Source of the DNA: the human T2T-CHM13v2.0 reference genome, Homo sapiens
Assembly (NCBI RefSeq): GCF_009914755.1
Contig: NC_060928.1
Strand: one strand, 5' to 3'
DNA length: 64,000 nt
The notes under the pieces were generated by a model. It had not been told where the DNA came from, made no database searches, and was given only the letters and a program-made list of their open reading frames with translations. A program made the translations under genes and the position numbers. Shown here piece by piece: positions 1 through 11,372 of this stretch. The first letter of the stretch is position 1. Each line of letters begins with the position of its first letter.

Positions 1-29
1 TCCCACTAAAACAAGCAATGCTTCATCAA

Positions 30-480
30 ACATCATGGTATATATGCTCTCAGGTATATGTGTGGGATATTCTCTAGGATAAATGCCTATAAGTGTAGCT
101 ACTGATACAGGGTATGAGCATCTGCAAATTCCCTAGGTGTTGACAATTGCTCCCCAAGGTGATGTGCCAATTGTCACTCTCAACAGTAGCATGTAAGTCC
201 CTATTTTGCCTCATTCTAAATAGCTCCTGGTATTGTCCAAGAAAAAAAGGGTGATTGTAAATGACATCATATTTGTTTTACTTTCCCCCTGAAATATCAG
301 TGAAGGTTTTGTGTATCATTTATATTACATTAACCCTTACTGTTGATTTTTCATATCAAAGTCCAGTTTTCTATTTCTTTGTTTGGTTCTTTATTTTTAT
401 TTATAGTTGTTTCTATATTTTAATATTGATTATTTTCAATTAAATAAATTTTAACTTTAGTGTAAATATTTTGTAAAAGA
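30..480 (-). mobile_element. Old L1M (L1ME/MD-like) fragment
   Basis: Degenerate antisense L1 ORF2-end motifs (ggataaatgcctataagtg..., aattgtcactctcaacagtagcatgt). Confidence 0.55.
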
Positions 481-779
481 TGTGGCATCCAAAAATTATT
501 GAAGCAATTCAAATCTTTACTTATCCCTTGTGGGGAGAAGTTTCTTAAGTAATTATTTCAGTTTATATTACTAGTACTTTTCATGTATCTCAGTATTAAG
601 TGTTAAGCCACAATTCTTGTAATTTTATAACATTCCATAGAGAAGTAAATAAATATAGGAAAGAGGATTTACTTATGTTGCCTGAGATAAACACGAAGAA
701 AGTAAATAATTTTTTTTCTTGATAATTTGATGGATTTTTAGGGTTTTATTTTTAAACATTTTGAAAGGTTGAATTTTAC

Positions 780-1263
780 TGTACTTGCAGGCCAAGAAAT
801 TAACCTTCCGCAGTTTCATAAATAATGCCAAGAGACATGAGATTCCTGTCTAAGGAAGTGGCACAAGTTTCATGTTTGCTTCAGCTCCCCTGCCCCACTC
901 CCATCACCACCAGGAGGTGACACAGAGGACCTCACTGAGGTGACACAGAGGAGCCCACATGAATGTTGAACACATCACAGATTTGCATTATCGCTGAGGA
1001 ACCCCAGCCTTAGACAACCCCAATCTTTTATAATAAGCAGGAGGAATGACTGCTCTTTGCTTCGAAGGGAGACACTATCTTTATTATATTGGATAGCAAG
1101 CAAACCTGTTCTTTGCTTTGAAGGGAGGCATTATCTCTATCTTCCAAGATCTTCTCTATATAAGCATCCTTGAAAAGCTGGTCATAAACAAAAAAGTAGT
1201 TATGGCCTCTGCTCACAAGATATACAGAAATATGAGAGACCAATGAAGACTAATCTCTCAAAA
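780..1263 (-). mobile_element. LTR40-family ERVL solo LTR
   Basis: Reverse strand reads ...ggtctctcatatttctgtatatcttgtgagcagagg...ttttcaaggatg...ttggaagatagagata, as in the recalled LTR40 consensus. Confidence 0.7.
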
Positions 1264-1534
1264 CTTGTGGCCGGACAAATAAAAATGTTTATATGAGTAA
1301 ATTTAAACGTTTGCTTTACATTGAATTTTGTAAATTACATGCAAACTTTTTAAAACTAAAGCTTTCCATTCAAACTAGTATTTGTACATTTTTCAAAAAT
1401 AATTTAAAAAGGGCTTGAAATACACCCTTTGCCTTCCCTAGTCCCTGCTCCACCCTTTGCCTTCCCTAGTCCCTCTCCTCAGAAGTAAACACTTTGAACT
1501 CTTAGGTTTTAGTTTTCTGATTTGTTATCTCTAA

Positions 1535-2210
1535 CAATGTGCTGGTAAATTAACAGCTGGCTCTCCAGGTTTAGTCCCAATAACAATGTTGGTTGATATA
1601 TTTTGTTTATATAAGATACAAATTAAATGATGAAGTATATGTCTAAATTTGACCATTCATCAGTGATGTGAATTTTTTTTTGCTACAATACATAACAGTT
1701 TTTGAACAGGAAGCATATTTTCTCATTTTTTTGGTGCTATTTATATTTTAGTGGCCACACAAATCACACAGTTTTAAATGGAATCACCGTTATTGACAGT
1801 TTCTCCATGACTTTCCTAAATCCAATCAACAAAGCAATATATCAAGCCCTTATATGCGGTGCAGGATGATCTCTGTGGTGTAAATGTTCTCGATTACAAG
1901 TCGCCAATTTGCCATAGCGGAGCATGCAGTTGGGAGGGGACGTGCAGTAGCATTCCATTGCATAGCATGCTGCCATATGGATGCAATAGGTGTGAATCAT
2001 TCTCAAGAATGTAGATAACAGTAAAAGGTAGTAAAGTAATTTGGAAGTGACAAGTTTGAATATAATTTTTATAATATAAATTTTGTATTTATAAAGTTTT
2101 ACAGTTTGATTTTTAGTCATGGCTATGTTTATTAACCAGCTCACAAAACTTCTGAAAATTTAACATTTGGATCTTGTGAGCTTGTTCAAGCTGGCTCTAT
2201 CACACCACTG
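1535..2210 (-). mobile_element. Arthur1B/MER69-like hAT DNA transposon fossil
   Basis: Reverse strand starts cagtggtgtgatagagccagc...gttaaattttcagaagttttgtgagctggtt; other end aatgtgctggtaaat. Confidence 0.7.
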
Positions 2211-2333
2211 ACTACCTCCATACCTTAAACCAGTATGCAAACCACTACTTTTTGATTTATCAGTTCTATACATTATCTTCTGATTTCCTGCAATAATGAA
2301 AATTTGGCTCATTTATGTTATTTTTTCTCTCCC

Positions 2334-2602
2334 TGTAGTAGCCTGTGTCCAATATGACCCCCAAAGAGCCTTTTTTCCTGGTATTCAGCTCTTTGTGAAG
2401 GCTCCTCCCTCACAAAATGACTGATCTGTGTAACCAATAGGAAACAATTGTATGTGACTTTAGGATGAAAGAGTCATTGTGATTTCGGCCTGACTTTCTT
2501 GAATCACTTGCTTTAGAGGAAGCTAGCTACCAAGTTGTGAGAACACCAAGCAGCCATACAGACAGGTCCATGTGGTGAGGGTCTGAGGCCTTCTGCCAAC
2601 AA
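2334..2602 (+). mobile_element. MLT1E/F-like MaLR LTR fragment
   Basis: ccaatatgacccccaa...cctggtattca...ggaagctagctacc...aggtccatgtggtgagg...ctgaggcc motifs. Confidence 0.65.
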
Positions 2603-2707
2603 ACAGAGCTCCTACCTATTCTGGAGGCATTGCTTCATGTTATTAGCATTTATTGTTGCTAACAAGACCACTAATGCCAACCTGATTCTTATTTCTGTGT
2701 CAGTGAC

Positions 2708-3168
2708 TGTTATGGGTTGAATTGTGTCTCCTCCAAAAAAGATATCTTGAAGTCCTAACAACTGGTATTTCAAAATGTGACTTTATTTGGAAATAGTGTC
2801 CATTCATATCTTAACTAATTACATTAAAATGAGGTCACACTGGAAAGGATGGGCCAGTAATCTAATATGACTGGTGTCCTTGTAAGAAGGACCCACTGAC
2901 GACAGAGACACACAGGGAGGATTTCTTGTGATGAAGAAGGTAGGGATTGGAGTTATGTAGCTGCAAGCCGAGAATGCCAAAGTTTGCCAGCCAACCACCA
3001 AAAGCTAGGAAGAGGCAAGAAAGGGTTCCCCTGCAGGTTTCAGAGGGAATATGGCCCTGACCATACCTTGCTTATGGATTTCCCTCCAGAACTGTGTGAC
3101 AATAAATTTCTGTTTTAAGCCACCCAGTATGTGGTACTTTGTTATAACAGCCCTAGGAAACAAATATA
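2708..3168 (+). mobile_element. MLT1C-like MaLR solo LTR
   Basis: tgttatgggttgaattgtgtc start, tttggaaatag, aataaatttctgttttaagccacccagt, cagccctaggaaac end. Confidence 0.85.
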
Positions 3169-3210
3169 GTGACCTTGTTTCTTTCTCTCAGGAAAAAATT
3201 TTTCTTTATC

Positions 3211-3592
3211 TGTATTAGCTCATTTTCATACAGCTATAAAGAACTGCCTGAGACTGGGTAATTTCTAAAGGGAAGAGGTGTAATTGACTCACAGTTCAGC
3301 ATGGCTGGGGAGGCCTCAGGAAACACAATCATGGTGGAAGGCGAAGGGGAAGCAAGGCACCTTCTTCACAAGGTGGCAGGAAGAAGTGCTGAGCCAAGGG
3401 GGAAAAAACCCTTATAAAACACTCAGATCTTGTGAGATCTCACTCACTATCACAAGAAGAGCATTGGGGAAACCGCCCCCATGATTCAGTTACCTCCACC
3501 TGGTCTTTCCCTTGACAAGTGGGGATTATGGGTATTATGGGGATTATAATTCTGATGAGATTTGGGTGGGAACACAAAGCCTAACCACATCA
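3211..3592 (-). mobile_element. THE1D-like MaLR solo LTR
   Basis: tgtattag...gcatggctggggaggcctcaggaaac...gagatttgggtggg...acatca. Confidence 0.9.
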
Positions 3593-4852
3593 CCTATTTA
3601 TCTTTTGTTGTTTGCAGTTTCCCAAAGGTGTGTCTAACTGCAATTTTCCTTTTTGATTTTTTTGTGCCTTGTGCTGTGTAACTAGTATATTCTAGCACAT
3701 GAAAACTTTTAAATTCTGGAAAATTCTATGACATAATTTGATAACTTCAACCCATTATCTCCTCTCTTTTTTTTTTTTTTTTTAACTTTCTGTAGAAAAA
3801 TGTTGAAGCTCCTAAATTGGCCCACTATGCCCCTTTTCTGTCTGTCTTTCTTTTTCTTAAAGTTCTTTTTTGTCATTCTAGGCTATTACTTTTTTAAAAT
3901 TTTGTTAATCATTTAAAATTTCTTTGGGTTCCTGCTGTTTTATTTCTTTTTAATTTTCAGATGTTCATTTTAATCTTACCTTTAGGGAGCCATATATACT
4001 TGAATCTCTCTGAAGTGCTAATTAGAAGGGGAGGAGTTTTTTTGGTTGTTTTGTGTAAGTGTATTCTGGTTTCTAGATTATTTTCAGTTTTTGGTTCCTT
4101 CTTTGATTTTAAGTTGCTCTTTTTCTCAAATGTCTGATGACACTAGTTCCTCTTTAAAGTGATGCACTACACACTGTTCTCTGATATTTCTATGGGTTTA
4201 CTGACTGGTGGAGAGGTAAGAGGTCCACTATTAAGCTGGAGTCACCTAATGTCCCGAAGATGAAAGAGTTTGTCTTAGGAGCAGTAACATTTATACCTAG
4301 AGCTCTCAGAGGGCTTTCTCTTTGGAGGGAAAATTGAATGGTAAATACCTGGCAGCAACATGGGGAAAGAGATGGGAGTCTTAACTGCCCATATAGATTT
4401 TCATTTAATACTCCAGTGCTTAGGCCCATCTTTTACTTGTACCCTTCTTTATGCCTGGCATTTCCAAGGCCCAAGACTCTCCTTGGGCTTCTCAGAGTAT
4501 ATTGTGGGTCTATCTAATTTATTCTGTTTTGTATTCTTGCAACAATTTTAACAGAATCTCAATAGGGAAAGTAGATAAACAGCGGTTTAAAATCTTGAAC
4601 CAGATATACAGAAATCTTTCTTTTTTCAAAGCACATTTTAATTCAGTTTATTTAAATGATAAAAACATATCCATAAAGGCATAACATATATAATTTAAAA
4701 TTTCTATAGTAAACAAGATAAAAGGTCCAAAATTTCGGTAGATACTACATATGACCAAATGTAAAACAGCATGTCTTCCATTTTGCTTATTTCTAAAACT
4801 TTTTTTTCCCCTTTAAACAATTGTAATTTGTAGCCTCTTAGTCCTTCTACTA

Positions 4853-5147
4853 TTTTTTTTTTCTTTGAGACAGAGTCTCACTCTGTCACCCAGGCTGGAG
4901 CGCAGTGGTGCAATTTTGGCTCCCTGCAACCTCCACCTCCTGGGTACAAGCAACTCTCAGGCATCAGCCTTGAGTAGCTGGGATTACAGGTGCCCGCCAC
5001 CACGCCCGGCTCATTTTTGTATTTTTGGTAGAGATGGGGTTTTGCCATGTTGGCCAGGGTGATCTCGAACTCCTGGCCTCAAGTGATCCACCCATTCTCA
5101 GCCTGCCAAACTGCTAGGATTATAGGCGTGAGCCACTGTTCCCAACC
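4853..5147 (-). mobile_element. Alu (AluS/J)
   Basis: poly-T then gagacagagtctcactctgtcacccaggctggag...gtgagccactg. Confidence 0.95.
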
Positions 5148-5214
5148 TTTAGTAATGGTTTTTATGTGTACATCTTCTTATTTGTGATTTCATCCTGAAA
5201 CTCAACATGACATG

Positions 5215-5392
5215 ACATAAAGTGGAGTAGACCAATGGCCACAGGCTGGGAAAGTCCTGGATTTGCCTAGGAGTTGTGGGATTTGGGGCAAGGTATTTCA
5301 GCTTTCAGAACCTTGAGTTTCTCTATCATGAAGTGAGATATTGAACTGGGTGAAATATTATGTTCTTATCAGACTTTGTGATTCTGTGGTTT
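5215..5392 (+). mobile_element. MIR3-like SINE
   Basis: ttggggcaagg...ccttgagtttctctatc...gattctgtggtt. Confidence 0.5.
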
Positions 5393-5499
5393 AAATAGAA
5401 ATATTTTATTCTTCTAAATATATTTTTGCAAAAATTTTAAGTGTAATTTTTGCCATAGAATAGAACAAAGGATTTTATCCAGATCTACTCTCTTATCTT

Positions 5500-6155
5500 C
5501 TGAATTATTATCTGAATCTTCTCTCCTTCTATTCCACTATTATCTTGGTCCAAGCTATGCAATATTGTATCCTACCCCTCTATAATCCATCTCTGTATAG
5601 CACTGAGAGATAGCATCTTATACTGCAAATCAAATGATATCACTCTACTACTAAAAACTCTTCGGTGATAGCAGTAATAAAGTCCAACTCCTTACCAACA
5701 CCTGTAAGTCCATGTAAGTCCAACACCTATAAGTCCATGATCTAGACCCTGCCTAATTTTCCATCCTTAGCCCTTTGCACTAGTTAAATTTGCTAAAACC
5801 ACCATGGTCATTTTTTTCTTCCCTCATATATGCCAACTTTTCCTGTCCCTGCTGTCTTTCTGCCAAGACTGCTCTCTCTTCTGCATTTCCCAGGGCTATG
5901 TATTTCCCAGGGCTAGTTTCTTCAGAACTTCGCTTAAAATCCATTTCCTCATTTAAAAAGAGAAAAAAAAACTTATTATTATCATTCCCCCTCCTAAATC
6001 CATGGTTTCCTTAATCATACTCTTCACAATTTGTAATGATTTGTTACTTTGGTGAGGGCAAGAAACAAGTTTTTCATTGATCACTTTATCCCTTGTGCCT
6101 GGTATCATTTCTGGGACAAAACAAGTGTGTGATAAATAATTGATGAAAGAGGAAT
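5500..6155 (+). mobile_element. L2 3' fragment
   Basis: tgcaaatcaaatgatatcactc...aaaactcttc...gtgcctgg...aataattgatgaa L2 3' motifs. Confidence 0.6.
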
Positions 6156-6666
6156 AGGCACTAAAATGAATGATTTGTATATAAAACCTAGTATTAAAAT
6201 GAATTTTATTTTAGGAAAAGTGATAACTGGTTATGCAGAGCAAAATCAACTATGGTGCAAAGAAATAAAGAAAAACAAATTGCAAATTATTATGTTTCCT
6301 TCTTAACTTGTGTATTTTTTTATTCAAACTGCATTAAATTAGGCCTGCTTATTTTCAGATTTTTCCAGGCTGACCTTGCTTGAAATTGGAAGCATTTTTA
6401 GAATAATTTATGCATCAAGAAAAGGGTATAATGCTTTAGTGATGCAAGGCCCCCGAGGGCAGAGTATCAAGTAAAACATTCATGAAGCTTAAGTGCAAGA
6501 GACATCAGATTTTCTGTAGTATTTTAACACTGCATTTCTGTACAAGGGAATTGTAAAGTGCAAGAATATGAGAGAAGATAAATATTGAGGACAATAAAGA
6601 GGGCCTGTAAAGTGAGTTCTTGCCTTTCCGATTTTACAGCTATTATTCTCCCAAGTGTGAGGTGAC

Positions 6667-6701
6667 TGTGTGTGTGTGTGTGTGTGTGTGTTTGTGTGTG
6701 T
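6667..6701. repeat. (TG)n microsatellite
   Basis: Directly visible. Confidence 0.95.
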
Positions 6702-7929
6702 ATTGGGTCATATTAGAAGTTATTAGAAGTTCCCTTATAATAATTATAAAATTAAGAAATAATATAATTGGCTATGTGGGTTACCATCTGATTTTCATTC
6801 ACATCTGACTATTTGAATTGGGATGTGTTTTCTTTAATTATTTTGTATGAAAAAGAAAAGATGGGGCATAGTGTCATAGTAGTTGCATACGTTTTGTAAG
6901 AAATTTCAAGTTCTCCCAGATGAAAGATAACCTTTGTTTTTCAACTTGTTTTCCACTTTCAACTGTACGCTTCATAAGACATTCATTATTTCCCAAGATG
7001 TTCAAAAAAGATACAGTGAAAGGGCATTGGGAAATATTTAATATGCAATAATCTTTAGAGTCCTTCATTTTGAAAATGGTCTCTAAAAGTTAAATTAGTG
7101 ATAACATAAAAAGAAATCTTTCCATGTAAATTTGTCTACAGGTATTTATTTATCTTTCTGATGTCATTGATTCCTTTGTTCTGATTATTCATCAAAAAAA
7201 TTTTTTTTAAATGTTTGGTAGATTTGGGGAATCAAATATTATGTTAAAGATAGAAAGCTCTACCTCATCTTGAAGACTTTGGAGAGGATGCTGATCTCTG
7301 ACCTGTGGCTAACCGTCAGATTTTAGGTCATCGTGCAACATACAAAATATTAGATTATAGAATGTGTAAGCTTAGAAATTAGAAATTAGTGCAGTCTACA
7401 ATATCTTCATTTTGTAATATTCTTGAACATTTAATCTGTTTAGAATATAATGGTCTATTAGTATCTCAGATTAATAACATCTTGCTTCATTATCTTTCTT
7501 TTTGAAATGTTTAGACCACATTTTTCTTTCAGAGCAGTAGCCATAACATTGTCTGAAATTTCAAATGAAGACCTTTCCAAAGTAATAGTTATAAGTAAAT
7601 TACACAGTCCTCCTTGATGCATGGAGAAGCCTTATAATTGTTCCAAGTAAATTCAGAAGTAATAGGTAATAGGAAGGTTATATTCACCCTGATAGCCCTT
7701 ACAAGACTGGTCATCAACATTCAGAACCATGTTAATTGCCAACACTGTCATGAATGGGGTATTTATATACCTAATTTTGCTGCATGGCCAAAGATTCCAT
7801 AAAAATAAGACTTTATGGAGGTAGACATGACTGGAACATAGAAACCATAGCATAATTAAGCAGAAAATTCCAATTACATAACATTTATGTATTTATTTAT
7901 GATTCCTCAACTGTGGCCATGGGTGGCTT

Positions 7930-8502
7930 CTTTTTCTTTTTTCCCCCCTCAGCTTTATTAAGGTAAAATTGACAAATAAAAATTGTATGTATTCACAGTA
8001 TACAAGGCAATGTTTTGATATATGTACCTATTGTGAAATGATTAAATCAAGCTAATTAACATCTATTGTTGCACATACTTATATTTTGTGAGAGCATTGG
8101 AGAGCTTAAATCAGCAATTTCTAATTTTTGCAATATATTAAATATATATTTTATATTGTATATATTTAATATATTTACAATATATTTTTATAATATATTA
8201 TTATTAACTATAGTCATATTATACAGTAGATCTCTTGAACTTATTCATCCTGCCTAAGTAAAACTGTATCTTTTAACCAGTATCTCCCCATTTCCACCGC
8301 CAGCCTTCTCTAGCTCCTGGCAACCAGCATTTTACCCTCTACTTGTATGAATTTGATATCTTTTAGATTCCACATATAAGTGAGATCATGTAGTATTTGT
8401 CTTTCTATGCCTAGCTTATTTCACTTAGCAAAAGTTCCTCCAGTTTTATCCATGTTATCAAAAATGACAGCATTTCCTTCTTTTTAAAGGCTGAGTTGTA
8501 TT

Positions 8503-8543
<41 letters not shown>

Positions 8544-9690
8544 CTCACATTTTCTTCATTCAATCATCTGTCAATGAACACTTAGGTTGGCTGATTCCGT
8601 ATCTTGGCTATTGTAAATAATGCTGCTGTGAACACAAAAGTGCAAATATCTCTTTAACATACTGATTTTATTTCTTTTGTATATATACTCAGAAGTAGGA
8701 TTGCTGGATCACATGGTAGTCCAATTTTTAATTTTTTGGGGAAACTTTTTATTGTTTTCTATAATAGCTATACTAATTTAAATTTCCACTAACAGTCTAT
8801 AAGCATTCCCTTTTGTCCACATTCTCACCAATACTTGTTATCTTTAGTAGTAGCCACTCTCTCTGGTGCAAAGTGATGTATCACTGTGGTTTTAATTTGC
8901 ATTCCCTGAATATTAATGATGTTGAGCGTTTTTTCATACCCCTGTTGGCCATTTGCATGTCATCTTCTGAGAAATGTATATTCAGGTCATTTGCCCATTT
9001 TTCAATCAGTTTATTTGTTTTCTTGCTATTGAGTTGTTCAAGTTTCTTATATATTTTGGATATTAATAGTTTGTACGGTTTGCAAGTATTTTTTTCCCAT
9101 TCTGTAGGTTGTCTCTTCACTGTGTTGATTGTTTCCCTTGCTTGAGGAAGCTTTTTGGTTTGATGTAATCCCATTTGTCTGTTTTGTTGCCGTTACCTGT
9201 GCTTTTGTGGTTACAGCCCAAAAAAAATCCTTGCCCAGATCAATGTCAAGAAGCCTTAATTCTATGTTTTCTTCTAGTAGTTTTATAGTTTCAGATCTTA
9301 TGTTTAGGTCTTAAATCCAATTTGAGTTGATTTTTATTTTTAGTGTGAGATAAGGATTCAATTTCATTCATCTGCATGTGGATATTCAGTTTTCCCAATG
9401 CACATTTATTGAAGAGATTGTCCTTTTCCCATTTTGTGTACTTGGCAACTTTTTAAAAAAATCAGTGACTGTATATGCATGGATTTTTTTCTAGGCTATT
9501 TCTTCTGACCCCTTAGTCTATATGTATGTTTTTATGCCAACACCATGCTGTTTTAATTGCTATAGCTTTGTAGTATATATCAAAATCAGGTACTGTGATT
9601 CTCCCAGCTATTTTTTGCCAAAGATTGCTTTGACTATTTGGGTATTTTAGGTCTCCATGCAAATTTTAGGATTATTTTTCTTTTTTCTGT
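7930..9690 (-). mobile_element. L1MA (L1MA8-10-like) 3' ~1.75 kb with internal (GT)n at 8506-8541
   Basis: Antisense L1MA 3' end (gctttattaaggtaaaattgacaaataaaaattgta); minus ORF 8881-9174 gives an L1 ORF2-like peptide ([15 protein letters not shown]...[13 protein letters not shown]). Confidence 0.92.
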
Positions 9691-11109
9691 AGTTACCTTG
9701 AATTAAAATTAGTAGTTTGATTTCAAATGTGAAACTTGTGACTTTTTTATTTATGGCAACAGATTTTTACAATTATATAATGAAAAGCAAAGAGAAAATT
9801 ATATTTGAGGTCGAAATTCCTATTACTATTACATTTTTAGAAATGCCTCATGGTTATATATGTGTGTGGAAATGAGAACAAATAGGACTGGAAGCTTTGA
9901 CTTCCTGCTCCCTCTTCAGCACAATACTCCAAAACAGCATTTCCTCCTTTCTCTCTCACAATTCATCTTCTTTTCCCCCTTCTCTGATCTTGCTACATTT
10001 TTATTTTTATTTTTTGTTCCACACTGATTGTAGCCCAAAGGTGATAAATTTGTGTGGACTAAGTGCAAGAGGAGATTGGGGAAAATTTGTTTCATTGTTG
10101 TGTCATTAAACTCAGTTTTCCCACCAAAGCCTGTTCTAATAATTTAATGGCCATGAAAATTGGTTCTTTTTTAGAGTAAAATATCTTTCCTGGCTCATTT
10201 GAAAGTTGCCACATTCAATGTTGCATTTTTATCTGAAATTCGGAAATAACTGAACTTTCCTAAGCGAATCTCATCTCAACAGATTTTTAGTATAATATCA
10301 ATGTCAGAGAGATTTGAATAGACTGGATTAAGAAAGCCTTGGGTAAATGTTAGAATATTACAAACCTGTCATACCTCTTTATTATTCTGTTTAATAATTC
10401 ATAAATAGGAGTCCTGCTAAGTTTTGATAAATAATATCCCTGTAGGGAGCTTACTGAGCTGTCATTGGTATGCTTGCCTTCCAATTTTCCTGCCCTGCTC
10501 CTATCAGAGACCATCTTCAGGGTTAGTGGTAACCTAGCAGCATCTTTCGGTCTTTCCTTGCCTCACCACTGCGGCGCGGAGCTCCCTGGAGTGGAACTGG
10601 CTTTGCAGACCCTTCACCAGCCTCCACTCAGCTTTCACTCTCACTTTCTGCTTGCTTTCACACCAGGAGTGGGATCTAACTCTCACACTACCATGGGAAG
10701 CTGAATTTATGTTGTACTATTTCAGAATAAATTTCAAGTTGTTAAAAAAAATTAATAACTTTTGAAGTACTTAAATATTATCATTTAGGCATTTTTGCTA
10801 ATTTTTCTTGGTGTTTGGCAATCAACCACCAGGATTAATAATCTGATACACTTTTTTCCTTCAAACACATTTAATTTGTAAGTACATCAAAACATAATTT
10901 TATTACACCTTTTAAAGTTTCATGTCTTTATTAGTAAGTATAAAATAGTTGTTGCAAAAATAAAAAATATAGGAACAGATGATATGTCATACTTTCATTT
11001 TAGACTTGGAGAAAAAGCAGAGATTTCCTATAAGTGGTAGTTGAGAAAAAATTATTCCTTATATGATTTTCATCATAGTGTTTGACGTTACACTTAAACA
11101 CTACACTAA

Positions 11110-11372
11110 GATAATAGTAATCATAACACTCTATTAAGTCTACTGTATGCCAGTTATTCATATAAGCGCTTTCCATATATTTGCTAATGTATTACTTAGT
11201 TAACAACCCTGTAAGGTAATTACTATTTGTTATCTCATTCTACATATGGGGAAACTGAGGTACAATATATTTGTGACTTGTTTAAGGTCATCAAGTTAGT
11301 AAAAGTAGCTAGATTCAGTCCCAGGCAGTTGCACTCCAGAGTACGCAACTTAAACACTACCTTATACTGCAT
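11110..11372 (-). mobile_element. MIR SINE, near full length
   Basis: aacaaccctgtaaggta...ggaaactgagg...aaggtca...cccaggcagt...ctccagag. Confidence 0.85.

Noticed and set aside
8881-9174. L1 ORF2-like peptide
   Set aside because: Decayed fragment of a truncated L1MA, not a functional CDS.
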